From assembly GCA_023231475.1 (NCBI GenBank), contig JALJEE010000692.1:1-64000 (forward strand): a stretch of 64,000 nucleotides of DNA, written 5' to 3'. This document shows positions 1 through 15,124 of the stretch, one piece after another. Each line of letters opens with the position of its first letter. Position 1 is the first letter of the stretch. The notes under the pieces were generated by a model that saw nothing but the letters and a program-made list of their open reading frames with translations, made no database searches and had not been told where the DNA came from. The position numbers were made by a program, and so were the translations under genes. Source of the stretch: Seison nebaliae. Lineage: Eukaryota.

Positions 1-518
1 TACTTTAAACAAATCAGTTATAATCGTATGCCATCTAAAAATGTCCTGTGAGGTTTCCTCTTTATTTTTTCTTGCTAGTCTTTCACATTTCTCATCGTTA
101 GTCTCATATAATCTTGTTCTTAAATTATTGCTTTTACGGTACGTTTTAAAAAGGTGATAGTCTCCGCTAATTATCTCCGCTCTGCTACTTTTAAGATTCC
201 CTCACTCAATAAATCTCCCACCGATTCATTTGGATTCTGTTTTTCGTCTGTATAACGTTTCTCCAAATTTTGGTAAATATTCTCCATAAAATTACACATA
301 TCCATCTTTTTACACTTCTATCCTTCGTGCATTAGTTTCATTAAAATGGTGCTAGATGTTATCATTCCAATAATTGCGTAAGTCATACATATTCCGATGA
401 AAGCAGGATTTGACATTCCAACTATAGTTTCATCGGATTGTTCAAATAGCTTCTTCACTCTCACTTCACCCTTCTTCTGATCAAACGTTAAAGTCGATAA
501 ATCAAGTTTTTGATTCAT
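1..518 (-). pseudogene. Degenerate coding-like remnant (in-frame stops and a frameshift), possibly transposon-derived
   Basis: The 66-aa ORF stops at TAG 318, but the frame continues (KCKKMDMCNFMENIYQNLEKRYTDEKQNPNESVGDLLSEG). A second frame is open to the window edge (LRTRLYETNDEKCERLARK). QNPNESVGD loosely recalls retrotransposon Gag; not established. Confidence 0.25.
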
Positions 519-1253
519 TATTTAAAAATTTTTACTTTGACATTAAATTAAAAACTAAAAGTGAAAAAACTTAAATGTCTTCATTTTGGAAATTTAACAT
601 TAATATCTAAATCAATGTTGAAGTATACAACATGTGAAAAAGCTTAGAGTCATTAGATAAAAAACAAATCTTTCTCGAAGAGTTTCGAAAACTCACAATG
701 TCAGTTTTCAACCAAGTCAAAAAGACAGTGCGCAGTACCATTTTCGGACAGTTCTCAGAACAAGTTTGATCACTTCATAAATTTTCATTAATTTTGGATG
801 GTAACGAAAGTTCTTTTTATTTAGAAAAACCAAAGATAGAAGATATATGATATTTTTATTGTTTTTCTTTCCTCGTAGGTTTCATATTCGTTTAATGTCC
901 ACAGGTAATTCTGATATACGGACTGGCAATGGAAGATAATGATGCTCGTTTGAATTTATTGTGAATATTATCGGGAGCGGCGGATGCCACCATTTTGGAA
1001 TCTAGGAGAAATCCAAGAACCGTAAGGTTTGGAGCAGGAGATAAACAGATATTCTTCACGACGGCCGTCGTACTGCATATACTTCTATTTTAAGTACTTT
1101 CAACTTCGTTAATGAAGTATCTAATTAGATACTTCTCTAATAACTTCAGGTAGCCGTGAAGGCAAATGAAAACTATGAGAGAATGATAGTGTCGAAAAAG
1201 TAATTTTATAATTTATCTGTTACAAGACTAAATTTGTAAAAGAATTTATTAGT

Positions 1254-4200
1254 TTATTTATTTTTCTCAGAAAAATGTTTGTCCAATTCAAGTAATTGTG
1301 TTTCCAAATTTTGTAAAAAATATCCTAGAACATTCCTTTCATATAAGGAAAGTGCGTTGCATTGCAACTTCGCCGTATTCTTAGAAGGTTGCAATCGAAT
1401 ACCTTGTCCAATACCCAATGCATTCCTTAAACTTGTCGTTTTAATTTTATGTAAAGAAAGCCACATAAAATAATTCTAACTTTAAACTCACATTATTTTT
1501 GTCTTCAACATTTATATATTTCTGTAATATCTTTTTCGTAATATCGACGATTAATTGCGCAACCGTATCATTTTTTTTGTCTGAATTTGGGGTAAGTGAC
1601 GAAACTGATAAGAATGAACTATCCGTTTTATTTAGTAAATATATATTGCTAGAAGAATTTAATTTTAATTAACTTTAATTTAAAGTAAAAGACAAACGTA
1701 GATTTGGATAATTTTTCTTTGATGTTCGTCTCGTCTACTTCGTTCGATTCTTCCGTTCCAGCATCATGATGAAAGAAATTTTGACAAAGAGGATTGTACC
1801 TTTGGAAGACATGATGAGAGATATTATGAAATGAATGATATTAACATATCTTTCCAAATATCTGAAATTTTACATGACAAATCTCTGTTATGTGATTCCA
1901 AAGATGACACCGTCCTCAATTTCCAATTAGGAATAACATTGTGTAATTCCTTTAATAAAAATAAAGAATTATAAATGTTGAGGAAACAGAAGATGAAACA
2001 TATTGATTCGCCAGTTCATATTCTCCATTCAACATTTTCATAATATTTGGCTGAACATCAAATCGTTCTGAGGTAAATAATGAAGGAAATTCACTCGAAT
2101 GTCCGGCTACTCCCACCTAAACAATATAAGAATAACATCATATAAGAATAAGGAAATTAAAAGAAACATCAAATTTAATTGGATCAATTTCTGGAAATGA
2201 ATTAAAAATTCCGATCAGTTTCTTCGATGCATTGAATTTCGGGGCAAGATCCACAATTAGAGGATTATCCTTCTTTCCAGTTGTTTCGTCATCAGTAACT
2301 TCGGATTTTCGAAATTGCTGGTCGATTTTTGACATTTGTGGATCATCGATTTTCACGGAATATTCTATAAAAACTGTATTGATCTCTTCTTTCTCGTATG
2401 TCATGGTTGCTGCTTCATAAGGTGCCGTTGTTGGTAAGAGGAAACCTTGTTCGGCATCTCGAACTTCATTTGGTATTCGTGTTGCTATATGATGCATATT
2501 CTCCCCATGTGATAATTCTTTAGCCTCAAAAGGAAAAGTGGGGAAAGTTTCATGAGTAATATTATGACTATGTTGCACCATCTCAAAAGCTTGGTTAATT
2601 TGAATTTGATTGATATTTTTCGAGTTTTTAGTTCGTCTTTGTTCGAGGAAATGATATACGTCTTTACTCAAAGTAGCAGACGCACTGTGTTGTTTTGGTT
2701 TTTGTAAATAATCTGCTAAATCTTCTTGAAATTTTTTGAAAGAGTTTATTAAGTTCTGTATTTTCAGTCTTATCAATACCTAAAAATTAAATTTTTAAAG
2801 AGTCTTAATTAGGAATCATGTCCAACTATTTTAACTGCTCGACGAAACCGTTCTAATACTTCAACTCTTCTTTTAAAATAATAATCTGTTTGTTCTATAT
2901 CAAAATATGGATTAATCATATTTTGTTCTATCTACAACAATTTGGATAATTAGAAAGAAGAAGTTAGATATTGTACTTGTGTATCATCAATAATCGGTTT
3001 CGAAAATGTATTATTTCTATCGTCAACGTTAATACTCTCACGTTTTTGTAACAACGAACTCCTACGATTGTCGTCAATTAAATCATCACCATATTGAATC
3101 TATAATCGGAAGAGAAATTTCAATAATCTTCTTTACACAAAACAACCAACAGATGCACTTGCATGTAATTTTGTTTCTAAAGTTTTCTGTTTTTTTACAT
3201 TTCTTAAAAATTCCATTTCCTTTAAAGATAAATTGTATAACATAAGAAAATGAAAAGAGACTGGTTGTTTCAGATCAGTAGCATTGTGAGCAAGTTTCTC
3301 ATAAGTTTTTGCATAATCCTTAAAATTAGCAACCATCAATTTCCGTGCATCTCCGATAATTGCTTTCTAGTAATTACGAACAAATTAAATTTTTCGAGAG
3401 ATAAATTAACTTCATTCATCAAATTCGGTAACGGACAATAGACTTGTTTACCCATTTCCTGAGTCCGTTTCAACGATTTCACTTTTTTCTTAAGTATTAT
3501 TAACTTCTGTTCTTTTTCTGTTATTTCCATATCGAATTTTCTAGTTTCTCGACTAAATTCCCACATCAATTAAATAAGACGAAGAAAAAGATGAAATTAA
3601 CTCCGTCTCATCTGGATAACAGCGTCCTGCCAACGTGCAATAAAATTCATCTTGAATTCGATCGCTAAACGTCAATTTGAAAACGAGTACACATGTCGAA
3701 AATGTTCTTGGATGATAACCGGTTCTTATAGTCAAACTATCACCTGGTTCGACAGTACCTAATCAATTCATCAATTAATATTATTTAATTCATATTTCAA
3801 ATAACCAGCTAGTGGACTGACAGATATATCGGCTGACGGTTGAATAATTGTAATAGAAAAATCATAATCATTTGGACAGGTTCTTTTAACTTTGAAATAT
3901 TTTACTGATCTAATTTAATGAGAAATAAATCAAGAAAGAATAATAAGTACGAACTCGTCACCTAATGCGGTGTGAGGGAATGTATATCTCTTAGGGATGT
4001 TATCGATTGATAAATGTGTTTGGGCGATGAGAGGTATAGCGAAATTTTTTTCTTCCTAATAACTTTCTATATTAAGCAATTAATCTAAATTAAAAGGGAA
4101 ACTTCGGTATGAATTAAAATTCGATCAGTATATCCTTCCCAAGACGTTGGTAAATATTTCACTTGAATACTTAATGTTGAACCTCGCCATAACAATCCAG

Positions 4201-4535
4201 TTTTTTTATAACTAATTTTAAATTTATCGCCAACCGGCTCTATGATATGGAAATGGGCAACAGCTGCTCCTGTGTTTCGAATTACAACATTCTGTACCAT
4301 CATCACATTCAATTTTTCGATATTAAAATATAGACTACTCGGTTCGGCATAAATTGGAAATGATTCATTGCTCTCTAAATTGAAGATTTCTTTCAATTTG
4401 TTATTATTAAATGTTATTCAATTATCGTTCAACAAAATATAAACTTGTTGATAATAAATGATTTGGAACGTTAAGTCTTTCTGGATCACCTACTAGAGGA
4501 TCACCTAATTTATAAGGTGGAAGTGAGACATCCAT
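1254..4535 (-). CDS. CFAP221: Cilia- and flagella-associated protein 221 (PCDP1)-like, about 15 short introns
   Basis: The spliced N-terminus MDVSLPPYKLGDPLVGDPERLNVPNHLLST-KIFNLESNESFPIYAEPSSLYF resembles the CFAP221 VPNHLLES motif, followed by an ASH/PapD-like region. A later RFRRAVKI-VLIRLK matches the IQ-like RFQQAARKVIIR. Exons join in frame across 42-55 nt introns (first intron 4390-4444). The 3' exons are less certain. Confidence 0.75.
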
Positions 4536-5048
4536 TTCAGATCATGAACTGAAGTGAAAATATTGAGCTAAATTAAAAGTGAAGTTGTGTTATTTTAATA
4601 ACTGATCTTCGTTCCCTTGGTAACTGGCAGTGAGCCACTAAATTAATTTTAAAAGTATTTTCAATCATGTTTTTCCTGATATTCCTTTCTTTCAATTGTT
4701 TTGGATGAATAATCGACAAAATAATAGAAGGAGAATATGAATGATCAAAGTCCAAAGCTCAATATTCATTGATAATGAACGAGAATACGCAAGAATGAAT
4801 ATATTTCTTCAAAATTCCCTCAAATTTTGAATTTATTTTAATTGATAATATGGAGTGACATTTCGGTGGAATGTTTAAAATATAATAGGAAAGATCATTC
4901 GATAATAATAAGTAAGACTACTAATATATGAGAAAAAATGTTTTGAGAATTTTGAGGATTCTTTATTTTTTCAAGAGCAAAAGATAATTTCCAAAGAAGA
5001 AAAACACATTTTTTAGGAAGAACATTAAGAAGGGAAATTTTTCAAATA

Positions 5049-8000
5049 ATGTTCACGGCAATTTTCAAGAACTATTGTAATTTGAGCACGCAGCATCCGT
5101 GGGAGATTATGATTGGCAGTTTGGCTATTACGCTTGGATTGATAACCACACTGTTTTTTGGTGATACAAGTCGAATCTGCAATTATAATTTAGAATGTGA
5201 ATCTGTTTATTTTCTTTTTGAGAAAAAAAATATTGAACAATTTTCATTGTGATTTTAGGATATGAAAATATCAGACACATTCATTCTGGCTATTGTCAAA
5301 TGTCTTCTTTTATCTTATATTTACATTCAGTTTCAACGACTAAAAAAAATTGGTTCAAAATATTTAATTGGTTCTTTTTTTTTTTGAAATTTTGTTTAAA
5401 TTTAATTTTTTATATTTTTGAAGGATTTGTCATTCTTTTCTCCTTAATGTCCAGTATCGTGTTCAGTGTAGCAATGATGTCGCTGGTAGATAGAGAATTG
5501 AAAGGAATTCAGTTTAGTGAAATTGTTCTCGTGAAAAATTTCATTGAATTCTTATTTTTAGAGAAGTTCTTCCATTCTTCGTATTAGTCATCGATCTAAC
5601 AGCTGCCTGTAAATTGACGTCGAGAGCTTTTGCTTGTCGATCTCAACATGAAATTCGACGATGTATTTCGAAACATTTAATGAGATATGGACCAACCGTT
5701 CTCTTCGATACAATGACAGCAATCTCTCTAATTGGCATTGGAACTTTGTCGGGAATTTATCATTTGGAAGTGATGTGTTGTTTTGGTTGTTTGACGGTGA
5801 TGGCGAATTATATTTCTTTCATGACATTTTTCCCCGCTTCACTCATTCTAATATTTGAAACTAATTTTTTCTTCGAATGGAAAAACAAGACTATGACAAA
5901 ACAAGAAATGAAAACGACAAATGTCGTATTCACAACATCATCATCGGAAGAAGAAGATTATGATGAGGAGAATAAGGAAAAATATTGTAAATTGGAAGTG
6001 AAGAAAGATGATAAGATGAATGAAGTCATCAAACGAATCAAATATATGTTAATTACAGTAACATCAATATTGTATTTATATAAGAATTTATTGTCGAATG
6101 TGAATATTAAAGAAGAGAACCATTCAAATTATAAAACGATTGAACCGAAAACATCTATTACTGTCTTTTATTTCACTCAATTACTTCATCCAAATGTCGA
6201 TCAATGTTTCGCTTATCTTTTCGGTTTATTTCTCATTTTTTCTTATATCTTCTTCGATGAACCTGCAACTAACAACAACAACAATAATAATAATAATGTA
6301 AATGAAACTAATTTAATTTTGGAAGAAAATAAATTGAAATTATCAAGGGATTCATCTGTCACCGAACCAATAATTGTTCGTGCTGAGAAATTCTTTAATG
6401 AAGCTTCCACTCAAACGGAAATTCTAACACGATCCATATTAAAAGTGAGTAGTTTCGCTTCGACAAGTGCTCAGAGTGAAGATGATGAAAAACCGAGAAA
6501 CCGAAACAAACCATGCTTCATAATCGGATCTGATTCAGAGGATCGTGATTCTCTTAATTCTGATGATGCTTGTTCCCGAACATTAACCTCCATCATTGAC
6601 GAACCGCTTAAACAAATGAGAACAACTAATTTAGAAGTTATACCAAATACCATAACAGAATTGACATCATCTCTTTTACATAAACCGGACGACATAAAAA
6701 AAGAGAAGAAAGAAGTGCCGAAACATATTGAAAATCGTGATTTTGAAACATGTTCGAAAATCTTTCGAGAACGGAATGGAATTCAATTATTATCAGATAA
6801 TGAAATTGTCATGTTGACGAAGCGTGGAGTAATTAGTGTTTATAAATTAGAGAAAGTGTTGGATGATAATGTAAGAGGTATATTAATTCGTCGTCTCTTA
6901 TTGGAAGAACAATTGCAACAAAATAATAAAACAGATAAAATTACTGAATTACCATATCTTCATTATGATTATTCTTTGGTACAAGGAGCATGTTGTGAAC
7001 AAGTTATTGGTTATACACCAATACCAGTAGGACTTGCTGGACCGATTAAAATTAATGGAAATATGTTCCATATTCCAATGGCAACAACAGAAGGTTGTCT
7101 CGTCGCATCAACCAATCGAGGTTGTCGTGCTATCTCACAAAACGGTATTGGAGCCACGGCAACGGTTTATAATGAAGGAATGACGAGAGCTCCAGTTCTT
7201 CAATTCGAATCGGCACATGATGCAGCATTGGCGAAACGATGGGCAAGTAAAGATGAGAATATTACACTAATGAAGAATGCATTCGATTCAACATCTCGTT
7301 TCGCTCGACTCCAAAATATTCAAACAACAATTGCTGGTCGTTTATTATATTTACGTTTGACAGCATCAACTGGAGATGCAATGGGAATGAATATGGTGAG
7401 TAAAGGTACAGAACAAGCATTGAATTGTATGAGATTAGAATTCCCTCAAGCCAGAGTTCTTTCTCTTTCTGGTAATTTTTGTACGGACAAGAAAGCTTCA
7501 GCAATCAATTGGATTAGTGGTCGTGGAAAGTCGGTAGTAGCTGAAGTGACAATACCGGAACATATTGTACGACAAACATTGAAAACATCAGTAGAATCAT
7601 TAGTCGAATTAAATTTAAGTAAAAATCTGATTGGAAGTGCAATGGCGTCCACAGGTGTTGGTGGCTTCAATGCTCATGCCGCTAACATCGTCACTGCTAT
7701 GTACATTGCTTGTGGTCAAGATCCTGCACAAAATATCAATTCAGCTAATTGTATTACTCTAATGGAACAGAATGACAATGGTGATCTTTATATGTCGTTT
7801 AGTATTTATTTTCTTTTAATTCTTTTCAATTATTTTCATTTCAAAGTTGTACAATGCCGTCAATTGAATGTGGAACGGTAGGTGGAGGTACAGTTCTCAA
7901 ACCACAACGTGCCTGTCTCGAAATGTTAGGTGTTGCTGGAGCGAATACCGAAGAAGCTGGTAAGAATGCTAAGACGTTTGCTGAAATCGTTTGTTCGGCT

Positions 8001-8153
8001 GTCATGGCTGGAGAGTTATCTCTTCTATCTGCCTTAACTACTGGCGATTTGGTGAAGTCGCATATGAAACACAATCGATCACGTGTCAATATGTTGGCAA
8101 TGGATCCATCCACAACAAAAAGTTGTGTTTCTATGATGAAACATACGAGATGA
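5049..8153 (+). CDS. HMGCR: 3-hydroxy-3-methylglutaryl-CoA reductase (class I, with sterol-sensing membrane domain), about 965 aa, 4 introns
   Basis: Motifs [65 protein letters not shown] and [11 protein letters not shown]. Introns 5205-5258, 5371-5423, 5512-5561 and 7797-7846 restore one frame of 2898 nt. Confidence 0.97.
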
Positions 8154-8545
8154 TCTTTAATCATTATATTTTTGAACATTTTCGTCGCGATCGCATCTGT
8201 ATAATATTTTTATTAACGAATGAAAATTTCGTTTCTAACAAACTTACCCAATTTTTTTCCCATATATCCATATGAGTATTTTTTTTTAAATTCCATTAAA
8301 TTTCCAATTCATTACCTAAATATTCTTTCATATTGTACAGCGATACGACATATCAATAGTATATTCGAATAAGAAAATATTTGATATATTTTACCTTTAT
8401 TTCGACTCATTTTTATTTTCCTAGCATTCTAAATGCAGAATAAACAAATAAAAGAAATTTATTATAATTTTCCGAAACAACATATTTTCAATTCAACTTT
8501 TAATTCAACGAAAGAAAATTAAGCTTCAAATCGATTATGTGATTA

Positions 8546-9310
8546 ATGTTTTTTTATTGCATATTATTGATTCTTTCGTTAATATCACTTATCAATTGTG
8601 CCATCAATGTTCCATGTCCATCAAAAACACCAATTCATTGCTTCTGTTTCATCAATGTTCTCCCCAATAATCAGACAATTTACAATGTCAATTGTGCGAA
8701 AAATAAATATAAATATGTTCCACCTTTAAATGAAGCTTTTCGTCACGTATTCATATTTCATCTCAATCTTGGGTCAAATCAAATTAGAAATATTTCCAAA
8801 AATACTTTCCATTCTGTTAGAGTTTCATATTAAAATTAATTATCGACATTCATTCAATTTTTACAGATGATCATTCATAAATTGAATTTATCGAAAAATA
8901 ATTTGGAGTATCTTCATCCACAAAGTTTTGTTGCTTTGCTCATGGTGAAAGATATCGATCTGACATCGAACCAAAAACTAACAACAATACCTAATGCGTT
9001 ACATGCCTTAACAAATCTAACGGTTATTCGCATTTCCGGTAAGATTAAATGTGGCTGCAAGAACTTAGGTTGGATGAAAACTATGAGGAATCTCCATCGA
9101 ATTATAGTGATGGATGAAGATAATTGTTCCAATTACTGTTCTGATATCCGTGCAAATATCACTACTACTCAATATTTGAGAAGTAAAGCTATTATGAGAT
9201 GTCCATCAACATTTAACTTTTTAAATAAATCTTCTCATCTTCACTTCTCATCATATATTTTTTATTCAATTCCATTTTTCTTCATTTTTCCATTTAATTC
9301 TCATGAATGA
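8546..9310 (+). CDS. Small leucine-rich-repeat cell-surface protein (signal peptide, LRRNT, LRRs, LRRCT, hydrophobic or GPI-like tail)
   Basis: Hydrophobic N-terminus, CPSKTPIHCFC cap, repeats LNLGSNQI, LNLSKNNL and IDLTSNQKL, IKCGCKNLGW LRRCT. One phase-0 intron ends at 8866 (donor 8816 or 8822, both GTT). Confidence 0.8.
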
Positions 9311-10210
9311 ATTATAGCGACATCAAATTTTACTTTTTTTGGTTACTACATTACTACATCAATTAAAGAAACGATAATACAAACTTAATTAACTGTTGGG
9401 ATTTTGAAAAATGTTTATTACAATTTTTTGATCATAATTTATAATAATAATAAGCAATATCTCTTGATAGATAATAAATTGATAACGATGGACAATTTGA
9501 AATTGCAATTTGTAACCGTATAAACTATAGGAGATGATAATGAAATGAACAAAAAAAGAGAATTTCTTGTAAAATAGAAGTGTTTCCTTAGAATATTGAT
9601 CCGGTGGAAAAAAATGGATCTGTATCGATGATCAAATGGACTAAAGTGGATAGGCAATCCATAAAAAAGTCAGAAAAATAATTTTGGGAAAAATAGATTA
9701 GTGGCAATTGTTGATTAAATTAACTTCATTTTACAGAATAAGATGTCGATTAGATAAGGATTAGGCGAACACTTTTTTCTTATCCTCTTTCTCCAAACTC
9801 TTCATCCAAATGCGACGATATATTTCGAACAAGATTGATGAATATATGATGATATAATCTTTACTCCGATATTTCGTTGAGATCCTTCTCCTCATCATGT
9901 CGTTTGGAGAGGGATAAATACATGAATTATATATTATGTAAAAAGAATAATAAAGTTTGCACCAATTCAATCGTTGATGGTAATAGAAGTTAGAAGATGA
10001 TATGGAAAAATTTTATAATTCATTGTCGTTGTCTCATTTTCCCCATCTCAAAAAAAGGTGAAAATCATTCATTATCATCTCGAATATCAGCAGTAGAAAA
10101 ATGAGAAATGATTATTCAATGGAAAATAATCGGAAAAACGGTTTAGTTCAATTTTCATTAAAGTTTCTTTTGCAATTCTTCTCCATTTTTGACAGAAAAG
10201 GAAAGAATCA

Positions 10211-10234
10211 GAGAGAGAGAGAGAGAAAGAGAGA
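10211..10234. repeat. (GA)n microsatellite
   Basis: gagagagagagagagaaagagaga, downstream of RhoA. A (TG)n run lies near 10515-10529. Confidence 0.8.
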
Positions 10235-10780
10235 GGGATAACTAGAAAGGAGTTCTTTCCAAGAAGGGTTATTATGAAAAACATTTAAAATTAACATGAT
10301 AAAAAAAACGGATTAGATAGATTGGATAGACATAAAATTTGAAATTGAATATTTCCATTTGATAGATATCAATAAAATGTCAATCGGAAAAGAAGGAAAA
10401 AATGTTAGAACTTTTTCAAAAAAAAAAGAGATAGAATGAAAATTTAACGGAAAAGAATAAAATCGAAAAAATAAATTGTATTTGTTTGTATGAGGGTGAA
10501 TGAATGTGTCTCTCTGTGTGTGTGTGTGTGGCTGTGACATGAAGTAAAGTGTATGATTGTACAAAGGATGAAATGATTAAATTAATTTCTTTTCTTGTTC
10601 ATATCAACTTGTGCATTCGATTTTGTATGTGCTTCTCAATGTTCTTTGAATGTGGGCGCGTTTTTACTTATGTCCAATCTCAATAAACTTATTGGAGAAT
10701 GACATCAAAATTTTAGATGATTTGGTAATTGTAGAAAATAGGACTAATGAAAATTTGACAATAATATGGAAGAAACGTAT

Positions 10781-11473
<693 letters not shown>

Positions 11474-11878
11474 TCAACCCAGAGATATGATAATGGTCGT
11501 TTGTTCGTTGACTGGAATTGGAATTCGTTGGAAACGGTTATTGATCAACACGATGAAATAATGAACTTCAAATTATTTATTTGAAATTCCAAAAATTTTC
11601 ATAAAATTTTGTTTATGAGAGATTAATGATATTATCAAATTATTCTGTTGTGTGATGGTGATGATATTTGATGACGATTATTATTATGATTATTATTTCT
11701 TTATCATTGACTGAAATGAGAATGATGATGAAATAGACGATTAATTATATGTAGACAATACACATATATACATCAATAAATGAATATTAAATATCTTCAC
11801 TTCGTCTTCTTTCCTCCCTCCTTCTCTCTCACATAAACTTCATGTAATCAAATGTTGATACGATAAATTATATTTCTG

Positions 11879-11898
11879 CTATATATATATATATATAT
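11879..11898. repeat. (TA)n microsatellite
   Basis: Run of about 9-10 TA units upstream of RhoA. Confidence 0.8.
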
Positions 11899-14105
11899 AA
11901 TTATATATATTCAACATGAGCCAATAGTATTAGATTAAACAGAATGATTGTGTAAATGATGATATGTAAATTATATAATAAGATGGAAAGTTTCAGAAAA
12001 TTTATAGAAAGGAAATTTTTTAGGGAAATTTAAGGAAGAAATTCCTCCATCTCTTTTGCAATTTCCCCCATAAAATTAATTGGATACATTCATCGGATAC
12101 GATCGACATCATCATGGCAATAATGCTCTAATATAAACGGAATTAACTAAAATCAAATTGCAAATGAAATTAAATGAAGGAAAAATGTATATTATTCCTA
12201 CCCTGAATGATTTTTCGAGATGATTATATAATAGGGGACCTATTCCGAAAAGATTCGGTTTGTTAACGATTGACATCGAATTCTCTCTTTTTTCCCACTC
12301 ACTGATATCCCACACTTTAACATGAAGTCGATGACAGATCATTTAATCGTAATGAACAAATTCCCTCAATTTTCCCACATCCTCTCCATCAAATGGAAGT
12401 TTTAAAAAAATGGAAAGAAAGTTCATAGTATGATGGTAGGACTAGACAAATAGGAATGATACACAATCATTTCCATGAGAATCCGGTTCGGAAAAATAAA
12501 GAGAAAGAGCGAGAAAGGGCAAATGAAATCGATTATGTAGTAGATCTTCATTGCGATCAATTGAGCAGAAATTTAAAATAATCTTCTTTGACCAATTCAC
12601 GGATGATGGTTTGCTAATAATGTTCTTGCAATTTCATGTAAGAAAGAAATATAAACAAAATCTTTCTTTACTCAAAAAAAAGGAAAAGGAAGAAGGACGA
12701 GTAGCATATTGAAAAAAAAAAGAATTATTTTCCTATTTATCATTCTACTGAAAAATTTAGGAAAGAAATTAAATTAATTTGGAATTATTAAATTCATATC
12801 AATTTACATTTGAAAGAAGGGGGAAAATAATGAAAATACTTTCCACCCAACACCAAACTGGGGGAGATTCGTTAAATATAAGAATAAATTATTAGAGGAA
12901 TAATAATTATTCATTTTCTTTTATACAACTGGAAAAATGAAGATTCTGTATTTCACATATACATGATTGATATACATACAGAAAAATACAGACACGCATA
13001 TACATTCGAGTACATGTAACGTAGTTCTCTGCATTTACATAACTACATAGTAATCGTGTATATCGAAACGTAGAATGATGTAACGGGATCAAGTAGTACT
13101 GGAGTGAAGTGATAAATGTTCATTCTTTCTAATCGTTGGACGATGAGAAGGACAGATAAACATAATTCGACTCTAATATTCTTGTATGTTCCAAAAAGAA
13201 GAAGAAGAGCCTGCACATTCAACACACATCAACATCAAATTGTCAATATATCTACAGTTAAATGTACAAAATACTAGATAGTTATTCAATGGAAGAATTT
13301 TAAATTTCCAACATCAATTCGGCCTTTGCTCTATTCACCACTACTTCGCAATCATCAACGTAAATGTTTTTCTAATTATTTTCTACATATATTCATGGAC
13401 ATGGACAGTCGACAGTTATATAACTGTTCGGAAATAGCATTCCCTTTCTTCAATAGAAAATCCTGAAATTCTCCAACTTGAAAATTTGGCTCAAACATAA
13501 TCGAAAAGTTTCGCCATCTTTCAAATTGTTTCGAGAAAGTCGCTTAATCGGACATTGATGGATGAGGCGCAACATTAGGATTGTGCAGTTACTTAGTGTT
13601 CGGGTATGGAATTCACCTCTCGTAGTTCATAAAACTTTTCACTGAACATCAAGTAGCTACATTCATTATCGTTTTTTTCTACTGCCGAATGAAAGTTCTT
13701 CTTTCTCTTCTTTTAATTCTTGTGCTCATATCAATTTAGCATTCTCTACTCTCTCAAACTATTCGTTGAAGCGTTCGACATACTAATGCAGTCGAAGTAG
13801 TTTGACATGTCATTAGAGTGGGAATGAATTATGCTTAATGCGTTTCTATATGATCCCAAATAAGTGGTAGTCCTTTCTATGTCGATTGTTGATTTATCTC
13901 TCCGTTTGATTGATGCGCAGAAGAGAAAAAGAAGAAGAAGAATAAGAAATTTATTCATTAATAACAATGATAAGGGTGGAAATATGCAATTGAATAGATA
14001 GATAAATGGAATAAATTATCAAACTTTCCTTTTAAGAAGAGCAAATTTTTCCGATGCTAATTTCCATGAGTAAATTCCAAAGAATAATAAATATTCGTAC
14101 AGACA

Positions 14106-14399
14106 TTATGTTTTGGATAATGAAATGGGAAGTGTATTTTGGAATTTTAATATTGAACAATCATATCCTCCATAATTCAATTTACAATAACATTCATTTT
14201 CCGCTCTTCCCGTCTTGCACTTCGACGTTCCATCTTTGTAGCAGAACATTCTTCTTCCACATGAAACATATGGAGAGGACGAATCGATGATCATCGACTC
14301 CAATACTGAATCTGGTGTAACATTCGTTGTTAGACGATATGACGACATCGTACCAATTAATAAGAGTAAAAGAATTGAGATATTTTGGGAAATTGCCAT
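14106..14399 (-). CDS. Small secreted protein with one EGF-like domain
   Basis: Signal peptide (ISILLLLLIGTMSS) and six Cys with EGF spacing: CGRRMFCYKDGTSKC...ECYCKLNYGGYDC. No TM segment seen. Confidence 0.65.
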   Translation of the reverse strand: MAISQNISILLLLLIGTMSSYRLTTNVTPDSVLESMIIDSSSPYVSCGRRMFCYKDGTSKCKTGRAENECYCKLNYGGYDCSILKFQNTLPISLSKT

Positions 14400-15124
14400 C
14401 GAAAATAATCTTCTGAATTGAAACTGAAGGAATTTTATTTCATTTCGTCGTCTCGTTTGTTTTCCTTCGAATATTTTCTTGTAGCGAGAAATAAATTGGG
14501 GGAAAAATGATTGATATGAATTAATTGATTGATCTCTCAGTCAACAAAAATCATTTCTTCAAATGATGAATCGATTGATATTGATGAACAAATGATATCT
14601 TCTTAATGTGAATAGTTATTGATTCTAGACTCTTTTCGGGCACGATAAGAAATTTTTTATACGAATCATTTATATTTATTCATTTAATAAATATATTATT
14701 TTATTTCTTGTGTCTGTAAAAATAATGATTAACACAAAGAAAAGATGATGGAATTTTCGGATTGATAAGTGAATGGAATTAAAAAATCATTCTCTATCTG
14801 TTTCCTTTTTTTTATCGGAGAGACGAATTAAAAATTATTGATTTTTTTTATTTACAAAATGAATGTTTGAAGAAATATTAGAAGATTTATTGTGATGGTG
14901 GTGGTGGTGGTGATGGTTGTTGTATATAGTATATTGTTGATATAAAATAAATTTGTTTGGATAAGAATAAAAGAAGAACTATTCTTCCATTTTTATTCAA
15001 TCAACTATCAAATCTGGGAAAGTAGAAAGATCATTACACCGGATTATTATTATTATTATTTTCCATGAGGAGCAATCAATAATATGTTGAGATCATAATT
15101 TTCCATTTAATTTAATAATACCAA

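Noticed and set aside
1..320. In-frame TAA/TAG stops suggesting a reassigned (ciliate-type) genetic code
   Set aside because: Conserved genes end in TAA, TAG or TGA and have no internal stops once introns are removed; decay with a frameshift explains it.
600..1200. GC-richer stretch that looks coding
   Set aside because: Frames I translated on both strands are interrupted, and no consistent splice model or motif emerged.
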